64,000 bases of DNA from Eledone cirrhosa (GCA_964016885.1 OZ024741.1:152458001-152522000); one strand, 5' to 3'. Numbered from the stretch's first letter, positions 1 to 14,184 are shown. Made by a program: numbers and translations. The notes: generated by a model from the letters alone, not told the origin.

Positions 1-204
1 AAATAATTTATATATTTAAAAAAAAAGTGGGAGAATGCAAGCATTCTTAATTACATGCCACAACGTGCACTAGTTTCCGTCTATTTTTTTTTTGTTTTCT
101 TTTTTTAGACAATCCAACACACTGCCGCGGGTAATAGCGAGGTTAAGGCGCTGAAATAACAAAGCACTCTCACCAGACACTTCAGTAAAGTAACAGTAAA
201 GAAA

Positions 205-373
205 CAGTCGATTAAATCGACTCCAGTACATGACTGGTACTTTATTTTATCGACCCCATAAGGATGAAAGGCAAAGTTAACCTCGGTGAGATTTGAACTC
301 ACATCGTAAAAGCCGTAACTCTATCCTGCAAAGCATGGTGTCCGACGCTCTACCGATATTGCCAATCCACCGC
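205..373 (-). mobile_element. tRNA-derived SINE (family A)
   Basis: B box GAGTTCAAATC and body GCCTTTCATCCTTAyGGGGTCGATAAAATAAAGTACCAG, repeated throughout the window. Confidence 0.8.
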
Positions 374-652
374 TCTAATTATCCTCACAATTAACGGCAG
401 GTGTAATAATTAAAAAAATGCCCCCTGATATCCTGCCAAACTCACCATATGATCTCTCCAAAACAACGCCATGAGTCATTATCCACGATAGTGTGTAACC
501 CACACCAACGTCAACCAAAACTGAAATTTCTTGTTGACACTTGAAATCTGCTGCAGAATAACAGCAAGGTGGGATTGTGAGTGGACGTTTGGTACAAGGA
601 AACCCGGAAGCCTGTTACTGTTATAAACACATACACCACACACACATATGAA

Positions 653-780
<128 letters not shown>

Positions 781-1199
781 AGTGTTTGTATGTTCAGATC
801 AATAAGAATACGATAACCGGTGTTCCCGAAGAAAAATACCTTGTGATGTGTTTGGTTCGAGAAACACAACACCCCATCCCACCATTACTTTCCTCATCGT
901 AAATTCAGTGAAACATTGATTCACAAACTTTGTCATAAAATAAATATAAATATTTATTTCGTTGTTTACTATCCAGCACTGTTAATCTCTACATTATATT
1001 ACTATTATATAACTTCCCAACAATTCCTTCTTTACACCAACAAATATACAGTTTTGTATGTTTATTCATCGATTGGAGTATAATGACTGTTTTCCTACTG
1101 GTTATAGACGTGGACGTAGACGTGGCACTTCGCTATCGTGAGGCAGTATTCTATCCTTCTGTACGGCGTCATCATCATCAGTTAGATCAGATGTTAGCA

Positions 1200-2260
1200 A
1201 TAGGTGGACTATTGAGGTGTTCTCTGCAGGGTCTCGGGCCTTTTCAAATGTTTATATATGAAATATGATATAATATACATGTGGATCATTGAGTTGTTCT
1301 CTGTAGTGCCTTAGATCTTTTCAAATATTTATATGTAACGTATGATATAATGTACGTGTTGGCCATTGAGATGAACTCCGTAGGCCACAAACCTTTTCAA
1401 ATGTTTATATGATATAATATACATGTGGATCATTGAGTTGTTCTCTGTAGTGCCTTAGATCTTTTCAAATATTTATATGTTAACAAAAAAAGGGTCACGA
1501 ATGACCATGGGATTTGCACCTAGAAAGTTTTCCTCCGAGGCACAAGTCCAGGCAAGGTTGTTTGTGGAAGACCGATAGTCGCCCATGCATACCAGTCTCT
1601 CCTCTCCACGCCACCGATGAGGTCCAAGGGAAAGGCAATGGCCGAAACAGCTTGGCACCAGTGACGTCGCAACTCATTTCTACAGCTGAGTAAACTGGAA
1701 CAACGTGAAATAAAGTGTCTTGCTCAAGGACACAACGCATCATCCGGTCCGAGAATCGAACTCACAACCTTCCGATTGCAAGTCCAATGCTCTAACCACT
1801 AAGCCATGCGCCTTCATATGTAAGGTATGATATAATGTACGTGTTGGCCATTGAGATGAACTCCGTAGGCCACAAACCTTTTCAAATGTTTATATGATAT
1901 AATATACATGTGGATTATTGAGGTGTTCTTTGTAGTGCCTTAGATCTTTTCAAATAGTTATATGTAAGGTATGATATACATGTGGGACATTGAGGTGTTT
2001 GTAGGCTGCAAACCTTTTGAAATATTTATATGTAAGATATGATATAATATATATGTGGGTCATCAAGGTGTTCTCTGAGGGACTCGGACCTTTTGAAATA
2101 TTTATATGGAAGATATGATATAATATATATGTGGGTCATCAAGGTATTCTCTGAGGGACTCGGACCTTTTGAAATATTTATATGGAAGATATGATATAAT
2201 ATATATATGGGTCATCAAGGTATTCTCTGAGGGACTCGACCTTTTGAAATATTTATATAT
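1200..2260. repeat. Degenerate ~70-80-bp minisatellite interrupted by a SINE
   Basis: Recurrent TTTTCAAATATTTATATGTAA..TATGATATAATATACATGTGGATCATTGAG. Confidence 0.85.
1486..1813 (-). mobile_element. tRNA-derived SINE (family B)
   Basis: Head GGCGCATGGCTTAGTGGTTAGAGC...GAGTTCGATTC (A and B boxes), followed by the TGTGTCCTTGAGCAAGACACTT conserved body. Confidence 0.8.
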
Positions 2261-2714
2261 TGTCGTGGATCATGAGCAACAACTAAAAAGAAAATCAAAA
2301 GTGGACCATTACAAAAGAAGCTGCTGCTGCTTAAATTATGCCAAATGTGTTGGCACCTATCTACTTCACCTGAAAATGGACAGAGAAAAAAAAAAAATTT
2401 TATATGTAAGAATTCAAGATATATATGTAGTTGTTTAGCTCCTGTACATCCTTGATCAAACAGATCAAACAGGTTTAGCAATGATCATCGCACCTCAGAC
2501 ATTAGTCTACAGTTTTTTTCTTATTATTCTTTTGCCCCAAAAAAGTTATTGCTGTGACCATCCTTTATTTCATTCAGACATAGTGTACCTAGAACTATAT
2601 TATCCAATGTATGCTTTCTTTTTAATATAGCAGGTGCGTAATTTGAGGGAAATCTGACTGCTATTTAATTTCTTGGGAGATTGAGCGACCATATAGAGGC
2701 TATTAGAATGTTAA

Positions 2715-2971
2715 CTCTTTTGATACCAAACTGCTCTTAGTTCTACCATACAAAACTGATTTATTTTAAAGTGCCCATATTTATCTAAAACCTTCCATTT
2801 TATGTAAGAAAAACCTCTGATAAGTTATATTCCAAACACCAGCTTAATAATGAGAAAGTTATCTTCGTTACTAAATCTTCTTCTTCTTCTTCTTCTTCTT
2901 CTTCTTCTTCTTCTTCTTCTTCTTGTAAACCATAAGCTGCGTCTTTCAATAGAAATACGGTAACGAAAGAT
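2715..2971. mobile_element. piggyBac-like MITE
   Basis: TTAA|CTCTTTTGATACC ... GGTAACGAAAGAT|TTAA; internal part repeated at ~12300-12450. Confidence 0.55.
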
Positions 2972-3399
2972 TTAATGGATAAGTCGGGTCATTTTATTTT
3001 GGATGACTTCTCGCTATCTCAACTGGTTGCAAGAAACCAGTTTATGCTGCAGTAATCAAAGGGAAATTGGGTTAATAGTTTTCTTGTTTTTATATCTATG
3101 TATCTAAGACCATAAATTACCTTAGCTTGAACGTAAATAAATCTACATCAAACCAAATCTATCTTCGAACTCAAGTAAGCATAATCCATAAAATTACATA
3201 CGACCTAACTCACCAGACGCATACCACACGTTCTTCAAAACTATATCCCAACGCTCCTGGCGAAACAACAACCAACATAACTTTCTTGTACAGCCTAAGC
3301 TAGAATCCAAATCTAGTTAAGCTGATGACAAATACATTACTCAATTTATGACAGTCATATAAATGTACACTATTGAGTCTATACATAACTCATTAACTG

Positions 3400-3960
3400 C
3401 TTAATGAACACAACCACAAGGATATAGTCCGAACGTAGAAGAGCCGAACTCCCACTGACATCGCCTCCATCTCTTTCGAGTTCCTATCTCTCCGTATAAT
3501 GAGCAAATGGGCTCCCTCGTGTTGGCCTCCCCACAGCCCCAGCAGACAGAATGGAGAAGGCGTTTCCCCGGAGTATGGTAAGGGAGATGCGCTGGAAGAG
3601 CCATTCCAACTCACAAGGCTCACACCTGCGGCTGGCCAGCTCAGCGCCTATAGTGGTGAGTAGGAAGATAGCCCTAGGACCAAGGACACCAGAAGTTTCC
3701 ACTGCCAAGGACACGACCACGAACCTGTCGGAGAGTGACCGGTACTTGGAGAGTTTGACCTCCTCAGCTCGACGTGCAGTAAAACCTGGGTTAGTTGCAG
3801 ACTGCACCAGGTTGCGGCTGGAGAAAGTGTCGCTGCAAGTGGCATCCCAAACAAGGGGTTTGCCACCGCGGAACGGGAAGATGGTCACACCGTCTGGCCT
3901 CTCGTTGAAGGCAGCACGGCGTGGAAGGCGGCCGGCACTGTGGCGACAGGAAAGCGGGTG
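3400..3960 (-). mobile_element. CRE-like non-LTR retrotransposon 3' end (RLE domain)
   Basis: RPDGVTIFPF..GKPLVWDATCSDT, KLSKY, AVETSGVLG, FQRISLTILRGNA. Confidence 0.8.
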
Positions 3961-3969
3961 GAGGCCGAA

Positions 3970-4330
3970 ACAATTATTTTTTCCAGCCTGTGGAGTTGGG
4001 CTGCTGACAACGAAGTTCTTGTCATCGTTGGCGGCTCACCTTACCGAGTTGTCAGCCGATGTCCATGCGGGTGCTTCGTTGTTTCAGCGCCTTAGCCTCG
4101 CCATCATCCGCTGTAATGCCATGAGCGTGTTGGCTTGCATCAAACATTTCCATTTACCCTTGTGATGTGCGATCAATTTGTCGCACTTGGTGGTCGTTTT
4201 TCTTTTTCTTTTTCCCCTTCTTTCTTTCTCTCGCTTTGATCGCATATTTTGGTGCGTTGTATTTGTAAGATTCGTAGCAATAGTTAATTGTATTTATTAT
4301 ATGTGTTAATATTTGTGTATATATTTTCAT
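3970..4330 (+). mobile_element. Second CRE-like 3' end, opposite orientation
   Basis: LFQRLSLAIIRCNAMSVLAC followed by a T-rich 3' UTR. Confidence 0.65.
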
Positions 4331-5559
4331 TCTGAAAGAATTGAGTACAATTTGTAATGTTATTTATACAACTATGAATAAAGATGACCTACACCAATTA
4401 CTTGCTAAGCTATGAATTGGTAGAAGTGTTAGGGCATTGACTGAAATATTTTTCGTGTCTCTTTACTCCAAAGAAAAGTGTATATTTACTTAGATGAGCC
4501 GGTATACATTATGTTACATATAAAAACGATATGCTATGTGTCAGGTAAACATACAACCAAGATTATTTCCCTTATTGATCTGAAGATCTACTTCTCTTTG
4601 ATACAATAAACGTTTTATTGTGTTTATTTAATCTTAAATATTTAGCTTACTTTATGTTTAAAAAAAAAACGTATACTAAGGGAGATAAATATAATTATCC
4701 TTAAGCAGTAAGGTTAGCATGATGGGTTACTTCCCTTTATAAGCTGACGTATCTGATATGTCATTTATTGATGTTGATACGTTTGGGGTTTTCTGGCATA
4801 GTTTGGATATGGCAGGATCACCAAATTTACTTAATCATCGACGACAGACATTACAAAAATATAAAATAAATAGATAATAAAGACTAATTACATATAAATC
4901 AGAAACTTATATCATCATCATTTGACATCCGTTTTCCCTATAATGTTTTTTTTTATTTTTGTATCTTCATTTTTTATCCAAATGTCTGGTTTTGGACTCT
5001 GGGTTGTCCGGTCGACCACTTTTGGCACTTCCTGGGTTATATATGTAAAAAATGAATATTGATAGAGCCTATAAAGAAAATGAAAGTTAATATTTAGACC
5101 CAAAACGTTTATCCCCCGTCATTTGAGGACTACTTGGGTGTTAAACAGAGCGCCAGGCTAAGTCTATTATTGAACAATAGAAACGACACATTCTATGGAC
5201 TTCCGGCTCAGTTTATGCCAACCAAAACGAGTGAGCGTCTAGGTTATTGTTTGAGGTACTAGAAATAACAGTCAAATCTCTCACAAATGACATTTTGCTA
5301 TCTTAAATAAATGAAACATTAAATAATGTATCCAGGATACCTTAAAAAGACATGGTTATCACGTCTGGAACGTTTCTGATGATAACAACAATAACACAGT
5401 TTTAGTTACAAGGTTTGATTAACTCGAAGCAAGTGTAGACGATAATTACACAGGCCTCTTCACAGTGGGATCAAACCTAGAACCACGTGAGATCAATGAG
5501 AACTTCTAAACCACATGGATGTGCTTGTTCTGATATACTATATTAAGAAAGAACGGGAG

Positions 5560-6650
5560 ACGCTGGATTGGTAGAATAATTAGGGCGCCAGAAAAATGCT
5601 CTGTGGCACTGTTTCTTTACGTTCTGAGTTCAAATCCCACCAATGTCAACTTTGCAATTCATCCTTCTGAGATCGACAAAATAAAGAACCAGTTAAGTAG
5701 TGGGTTTGATTGAATTAACATTGTCCTTCCCCTAAATTTACTAGCCTTGTGCATTAATTAGAATTCAATATCAAAAATGAAGAGAAAACCTAAAATAGCC
5801 TGCTTATGAAATTTTAAAAAATCTCATGAATAAGAAATCCTGTTTTAAAAAATACTTTAACCCTTTCAACACGAGTTGTAACTGTCTTTATTGAACTGCA
5901 CACATTTTAAATTAAAATCATGGAATACGATCCCCGGTGGATTGGCAGTATGGGTAAAGCGTCAGACACCATGCTTTGAAGCATAAAGTTATGGCCCTTT
6001 ACGTTCTGAGTTCAAATCCCACCGAGGTTAACTTTGCCTTTCATCCTTACAGGGTCGATAAAATAAAGCACCAGTAATGCACTTGGGTAATTGCTGGTCT
6101 TGTATCAAAAGTAGAAACAATTGTTACATCATAGATAGGAGTGGATTGTCAGAATTGGTAGACCGTCAGATGAAATACCATTGCAGCATTTGTTCTGGCT
6201 CTTTACATTCTGAGATTAAATCCCACTGAGGTCAATTTGGCCTTTCATCCTTCTAGGGTTTATCAAATAATTGTTTCTACTTTTGGCACAAGGCCAGCAA
6301 TTATCCCAGTGTATTACTGGTACTTTATTTTATCGACCCTGTAAGGATGAAAGGCAAAGTTAACTCGGCGGGATTTGAACTCAGATCTATGCTGCAAAGC
6401 ATGGCGTCCGACCCTCCACGAATCAAATAATACCAGTAAAGTACTGGGTCAATTTAATCAACTTTCTCCCCTCTCCTAATTGAGAAATCATTATTATTGG
6501 CAGTATCGGTAGAGGATTGGACGCCATGCTTTCCAGCGTAGATACGTCCCTTTACGATCTGAGTTCAAATCCCGCCGAGGTTAACTTTGCCTTTCATCCT
6601 TACGGGGTCGATAAAATAAAGTACCAGTAATGTACTGGGTATTTGCTGGC
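5560..6650. mobile_element. Cluster of five family A SINE copies, one inverted and nested
   Basis: Copies at ~5560-5770(+), 5935-6125(+), 6139-6270 continuing 6421-6495(+), 6270-6420(-), 6496-6650(+). Confidence 0.8.
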
Positions 6651-6795
6651 TTTAGATATTTGTCTTATTAAGTTTAGATATTTGTCTTATTAAGTTGAAA
6701 ATTAAATATTTCAATAAATTTAGATAATTCTTGGTAATTTTGACAATCTCAACACAAATGCAGCATATTCTTGTTGAAATATGGTACCAAAAGAG
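5861..6795. mobile_element. piggyBac-like MITE containing nested SINEs
   Basis: TTAA|CCCTTT ... GGTACCAAAAGAG|TTAA. Confidence 0.5.
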
Positions 6796-7448
6796 TTAAT
6801 AGAATAATCTACAGTTCAGTCCAAGTTCAACTCGAAATCAGCAATCCTAATATCAAAGACATTACAGCTATGGCTATCAAATCTTATTTATATAGGCATA
6901 TATTTTCCCACTATGCAACATATCAGCCAATTACCCTCTATTTTACCTTGAGCCAACCTAAGCCATGTGAACCAAATTTGAGAGACAGAAACTCTATAGA
7001 AGCCCACGAGAAGGGCCGTTTCTGTTCTTGTATATTTAATCCATCATCCAGTTCAACACCGCCATCTGGATTTTGTGAAACTTTAGTATAGTCTACTCTA
7101 TTGTAAGCATTTGGATCAGGTTTCCAGTCTGAGGTTATATTCATTCTTTGCCACCATTCTTGGAGGCCCTGAAAAGATTATGAGTATTGCCTCTCCTTCC
7201 CACCAATCCTGGAGGCTCTGAAAAAATCACGAGTATTTCCCCTCCTTCCCACTCGTTTTGAGGCTCTGAAAAGGTTCTTGGGACAGTTCCCCATTTCCAC
7301 CACTCATGGAGGCTTTGAAAAGGAGTTACATGCTTCTTTTTGATAAAAAGGAAATAATCAAATGACAACAACAATAAAGAACAACACTAAAACATATATA
7401 AAAAATTGATATTATGTTTAATATATGAAGGTGTAAATATTGTATATA

Positions 7449-7479
<31 letters not shown>

Positions 7480-9362
7480 TGTATGTATATATATATATTG
7501 ACAATATAATTCAGGATTATCTGAAATGGGATATGAAATCATATTTACTAAATAACAAATTTGATACAATTTTATGTGACCTTTGAAGCCAGGATTTTCC
7601 TCTGATCCAATCAAAATATTACACGTTATTATTCCGGACTTTTTAAATCTTTATAAACCTTCTTCCGTTCATGGACCCTCTTATCATTTTATTTCACACT
7701 CTAGTAAATGTTCCAAACACTCATATTTTTTCATTGGTAACCACTCGGACAACATCAACATTTGGTTGTAATTGGTAGAGGCATCTTTAATATACTAGAC
7801 CCCTATTCACAAAATTATGTCGCTTTATACTAAGGTTAGAAATTATTATAATTAAGGCTGTGGTAATTAAGCCTAATCGATAGAGAGGCAGACAAAATGT
7901 ACCACACCCATTGCCTTTTGTCTGTTACTAAGACACTTAACTAAAAATATCTAAGTCCATCTGGCTATTAGTACGTACCACTGCTATTTTTTGTGGCTGA
8001 CATAATACAGTCCATTTGGCTATTAGTATGTACCACAGTCATTGTCAGTGTCCACGACACTTATCTATGAAGCAGCTCAGTCTACTAGGCTGCCAGTAAA
8101 TACTACCTCGGGGTATAATTCACATCAATACATTGAGAAGTAGTGAAAGGTTTATTGGGTGCATTGTTAGTTTGCAGCTGCTTGCAATGTTTGTTTCAGC
8201 CCCTAACCGTCCAGTGAGTCCTTGAGAAGGTCATGTGCAAATAAACCTACTCCATTGAATCCGTAAATCACTATAAATGACTCCTCCCCCAGTGCTGAAA
8301 CCTGATGAACCAAGCAATATATCTAGAAGAAATGTATTCATATTAGCTTACATGGCCAGCAGTAAATTCATACATTTATGCTTTTATAGGTGTCATATTT
8401 TTTCATTATTATATAGTCAGAAGAGGGAAGCAGTATCCATGGCCCTTTATAGAGCCTCTGGGAATAATGGAAAGGAAGGAAGAAGCTTGAGATAAAGTGG
8501 ACCTGCATTAAGCAGTGGTCTTAATTCAATTGAAAGATTAAGCCTACCACCTTAGAACACTATTTGTCCCACTATTTCATACAGTTCCCATCAGCTAGCA
8601 ATTTCCATTCACTAGGCTGTTTGACCAGAAGAAGAAGAAGAAGGAACCCCAGTCCTATCATGCACATCCATTCTTGTACCTGTTTATTGTTATTTAGCCA
8701 CAGGTAAACCTTCATTGAGAAGATCTATAATCACAGCTGAAAAAGTAGCGTCTTCGACGCCGGGAAATACGGTACTTAGAGCTATATAAAATAAACCACC
8801 CTGTGCTATCTACTTACAACTATATAAATTACACCACCCTGTGGTATCTACTTACAGCTATCTAAACTATACTATCATATGGTACTTACTTATAGTGATA
8901 TGGACTGCATTATCACATGGAGCTTACTTACAGTCCACTTCTCAATGACAATTTAATGTATCAGTTGATTATCTGCTACTCCATACACCTATCTCTAATT
9001 TCTACCCTATTCAACCTTATCTGTCACCCTACCTACACACCCATTTGTGCCCTATCTACACCCCCATCACTACCCTATCTACACATATTTATCACACCAT
9101 ATACCATCCTATCAACACCCTTATTCTCCCACCCACTGAAATAGACAAATCAATAACAAAAAAGATTCTACAATTCTGTATAATATATGCCATGCCTTAT
9201 AAAAAGCAATTAAAAAGGAATATTAATGGAATAAAATGTATTTCAACTAACCATGATGCCCTAAACTTTGGTGACTTTTTGTCTCCCAGATTCACAATGT
9301 GATGATGACCACACATAATAGAATTTATATACTTACGTATACGTATAAAAATATTATATACA

Positions 9363-9464
<102 letters not shown>

Positions 9465-9658
9465 ACACATATATATGTATGGCGGTTGTGGCATTCTTTT
9501 ATCTAGCCACAGTTTTCAATTTGTCACACTTTTAACGTATGTTTATTACTATAAGATTTAATTTATCGATATCATCTTATCGAGTGCTTGTGCCGGCTCT
9601 GAGAATTGTTCTTTCGAGAGATGCTGCATTAGCTGCAAGTTCGATTTTATTCACTATC

Positions 9659-9709
<51 letters not shown>

Positions 9710-9713
<4 letters not shown>

Positions 9714-10055
9714 TGATGAGCAGAACAAACAAACATTAAACAATCCTTTAAATAAATTAAAAAATGATTTAAATATCTACCTGTTCATAATGTTATTACC
9801 GGCGGTTTCCATCTACAAAAGATTGGAAATTCAGAGATGGTAGTTGGCATTATATTTGCGGACCGTGGGACGTATGTCCTATAGAAAGGAAATAGCTATC
9901 TGATGAAATCTACTTTCCGTTGGAAATTCTCTGAATTTCCAATCTTTTGTAGATGGAAACCGCCGGTAATAGCATTATGAACAGGTAGATATTTAAATCA
10001 TTTTTTAATTTATTTAAAGGATTGTTTAATGTTTGTTTGTTCTGCTCATCAATTT
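9710..10055. repeat. Inverted repeat, ~128-bp arms with 90-nt spacer, next to (TA)n
   Basis: 9710-9837 versus 9928-10055. Confidence 0.9.
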
Positions 10056-10158
10056 TTATAGTTCTGGTATCTCGAATTAGTACCAGAGAACAACAATTAT
10101 ATTATAGACACCCTATATATCTCTATGGGTACTTAGTACTCAGTGAGATATTTACCTC

Positions 10159-10195
<37 letters not shown>

Positions 10196-10579
10196 TTTCA
10201 CCTCTTTATGGGGTGCTGATAACGTTGCTAGGATTCAATGTGGCCTTGAAGAGATGGTTTCAAAGAGATTAGGCGGTGAGTGTTATAGTTTTGTGGTAGA
10301 TGCGCATCACGTAAGGTTGCATCGAAGATTCTGCTCAAGCTACAGAGTCATTTATATATGCGTGTGAGGTGGGGGTGTGTATTGAACAATGAAAATAAAG
10401 CAAACGTCGAAGATAGGTTGTTAATAATTTCATTGTTTTACGATCGTTTCAGAGGGTTGATTGATCTAACATGATCAATCAGCTCTCCGAATCAATAGTA
10501 AAACAATAAACTAATTAACAACCTATCTTCGACTTTTGTTTTATTTTCATTGTTCAATACACACACACACACGCATGCA

Positions 10580-10641
<62 letters not shown>

Positions 10642-11679
10642 TATATGGTTTAAAAATATAATCCTGTGGTAATGTTAATATCAGTTAAATCATAGAACTC
10701 ATTAACCTTGCTATTTTCTATATAAACACAGCAATAAAACCCCTATTGACGATTGCCTAGGAACGTTATTGTTCCACACTAAACAGAAAATACTAATAAG
10801 AAAATATGAATTATCATTGATAAAAAAAGATAGAACTCAAATAGTCATGTCTTCAACATAAGCTGTTTCAAAATCTCTCTCTCTCTCTCCCTCTCTGTGC
10901 CCCCCCCCTCCCCCCTCTCTCTCTCTCTCTGAATATATATATATATATAGTTTATCAAAATATGTGCGTGTTGGCATGCATATATATGAATGGGGAATTA
11001 ACAGAAAATATACACATTTACGTAACACGAACAAACAAATGCGTCTTCACCTCATCAGCCACCTTTCCGACAGTGCAGTTTCGCGCATTAATGTGGTACT
11101 GCACAAGTGATGCTAGTTTTCGCAACATATTGGAGCATGCTCTGTTGTCAAGATGCAAATTTTCGTATCTATTCTTCGTTTTGTTATCGTCTTACATGCA
11201 TCACACCAACAGAATTGGCTCCAATTTGTAACCCAAACTGACATCACAAGTGCAATACCACGATGAGGTAACGATGCATTTGTCTGTTTGTGTTATGTAA
11301 CTATGTGCATTTTCTACTGATACTATATATATATACACTGACACACACATTTATATATATCAGGGTTGTCAAATAACTTGAATGAAATTGCTGGAACTGG
11401 TAGTAAAAGCTGGAAAAAATTAGGATGAATTAAAATCGTTGATTTATGATTTTTAAATACTTTTTGGTAAGTTTGTTTGTTACCGTATTTTTCATGTATA
11501 ACAGATTTTTAAACCTTAAAATTACGGATGCACTTTATAGAGGACAAGTATCTTGATGCATAAATTATTGTGGACATAGTGTTATGTGTAAATAACGAAG
11601 AAAAGTAATTACTTCAACATCACCCTCTAATGCTTATTATATACAATTGGAAGTGTCATTAGAGCGTTTTACAAATTGC

Positions 11680-11855
11680 TTTGCCGTATTTCCTATGGCC
11701 CTTTACATTCTGACTTCAAATCCCGCCATGGTCAACTTCATCTTTCGCCCTCTCATGGTCGATAAAATAAAGTACCAGTAAAGTACTGGTGTGGTTTTAA
11801 TCGACTTTCCCTCTACACTAAATAATTGCTAGCTTTGTGCCTGAATTAGAAAACA
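11680..11855 (+). mobile_element. Family A SINE
   Basis: Same body motif. Confidence 0.75.
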
Positions 11856-12654
11856 ATATAAACGAGATTTCTTCAGTAACATTAATATAGGATTACAAAC
11901 AAATGAAACCTCTACGACGATAGACAAGATACTTAAATCTTTTCTTGTTTTATTCAGTGACAAAGTAAATAATTTCATAAAATATCATGTTTATGATACT
12001 TTGGATCACAATCATTCATACTTGAGGCTACATTTTGTATCATCTATACATTCAGAAATTAATGTTATATCATAAACATTGATGGGTTGTGGGAATTGTG
12101 TTACCTGGCAGTATTTGATATCTAGAAATTCATCGTGAAGTTGTTCAATTTAAATCGCTGAACTAAAACAACTTTTAAAAAATGATTGGTATCTATGAAC
12201 AAAAAAAAAAAAAAAAAAAAGAAACCTGGAAAAAACTGAGTTTTCACTCATTCCGAAAATTTAATAAATGATGCATTCATTAAGAACTCACTCTTGGTAG
12301 TGTTTGATACCAACCTGCCTGCAAATGCCCTTGGTTCTATGCTACAAAACTATTTGTCTTCAAGTGCTTATATTTATTTTAAAACTTTCCATAATTTTGT
12401 AGAAGGACCTCCGTTGAATTATGTTCCAAACACCAGCTTAATAATGATTAAATTATATAAATAAATCTCTACAAATTCTTGAGAATTTTTGTGTAATGAG
12501 AAAACAAATGTTGGAAAGTCTTCTGCACAATGCATGAAGGTTGACAAGTCTGATATATATGTATATATATATATTATATATATATATATACACATACACA
12601 TTAAATTTACAGCCGGACACACACACACATATATATAAGTATATAAGTATATAA

Positions 12655-12703
<49 letters not shown>

Positions 12704-13185
12704 TGTGTGTGTGTGTGTGTGTGTGTTTGTGTACATATATTTAATTATGCATGTATGGTTATACAGTATTTTTATGTGCATGCGTATGATATGAATATGT
12801 GTTTACTGTGAAATATGCTCAGCTCTAAACGAAAAATATCTACTTTGATTGAAGACTCCATATTGAATGGAGCGGAAGATTCTAAAATGTAATGAAAAAA
12901 AAGAAGTTTTTACAAATATAATGAAACCAATATTTGATAAATTATATCAAGTTAGTAATTTCTGGGCACTATTGACTTTTCAGGGTCCCAAATATTCATG
13001 TTTTTTTTCTCTGTTTTTCTTTCTTTTTTTTTTGGAGGGGGGAGGGGGTCATTATTTAAAACTGTTTTGTTTTTCAAAAATACATATTTACAATATTGCT
13101 GCTGAATTTAATTACACGTGCGCAAAATGTTTGACCTTTTGAAAGTTAAAATAATTCATAAAATGGAATTTTTACATGGCATATA

Positions 13186-13549
13186 CTCTCGGGTCTCGAA
13201 TAATCGTCCCCACTCCTTATTAATTTTTCAGATTTTTTCCAACACCCCCGCTTTTATTCCAACTACCCCACTTGTTAAATTTATCTATCTCCGGCGAAAT
13301 TTTATTTTAAGTGGTAGCATTCCTGTGATAATTTATTTTCTTTAGACATTAAAAAACATTATACATGATAAAAAAAAAAGTACATTGCAAGAAATCTCAT
13401 ACGTTATAAAATATATAGGATGGGTTGGCGTCTCAATATGTAAACTAAACGGCTAATTCTGGTTTTTAAAATATCAACAGAGACAGCTTAGAAAAATTAT
13501 CGATTTTCCAACCCCACGCTTATCCCTCCTATTGTTTGGGACCCGAGAG
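13186..13549. mobile_element. Tc1/mariner-pogo-type MITE
   Basis: TA|CTCTCGGGTCTCGAATAAT ... ATTGTTTGGGACCCGAGAG|TA. Confidence 0.8.
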
Positions 13550-13550
13550 T

Positions 13551-13642
<92 letters not shown>

Positions 13643-14184
13643 CAGTCAAATTACGTTGACCACAGTAGCATAGCTATGTGTGGTGCGATGGGGCGGCACT
13701 TTTGGGTCTGTTGTATATATTTGAATATGTAAGGGCCTGTAGAGGGGCAAACACAAAGGCTGCCTCTGGCGGCACATACTCTAGCTACGCCACTGATTGA
13801 CCAAGCATTTTCCCAGATATATTGATGCTGCTTCTCTCAATAAGTCCCCATTGATTCTCTTTTTCACCCCTCCCATGAAACACGTTCTCTCTTTGTCGTA
13901 GTCTCTCTCTTTCTCTCTTTGTTGTGGTCTCTCTCTTTCTCTCTTTGTCGTGGTCTCTCTCTTTCTTTCTTTGTCATAGTCTCTTTCTCTTTCACTCTTT
14001 GTTATAGTCTGTTTCTCTTTCACTCTTTTTTATAGTTCCTTTCTCTCCCTTTCTCTCATGATATATATTTTTTTAAATCTTTTCTCTTTTTTTTCTATAA
14101 AATCCTATGAAATGGTTTGAATAAGAATTCCTTGATGATTCTGTTTGTTATCTGATGGACAGCATTTTGTAGCTTGAGGCTTCT

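Noticed and set aside
1745-1813. tRNA gene
   Set aside because: The tRNA-like head continues into a SINE body and the acceptor stem does not close.
1200-2260. Regularly spaced repeats that resemble a CRISPR array
   Set aside because: Whole units are repeated with no unique spacers; eukaryotic context with no cas genes.
3551-4165. 204-aa plus-strand ORF
   Set aside because: Mostly the antisense of a CRE-like endonuclease fragment fused to a second LINE tail.
8290-8350. CTGATGA...GAAA motif (similar weak cases at 42745 and 27530)
   Set aside because: Stems I and II are poorly formed; cannot be distinguished from chance or heavy decay.
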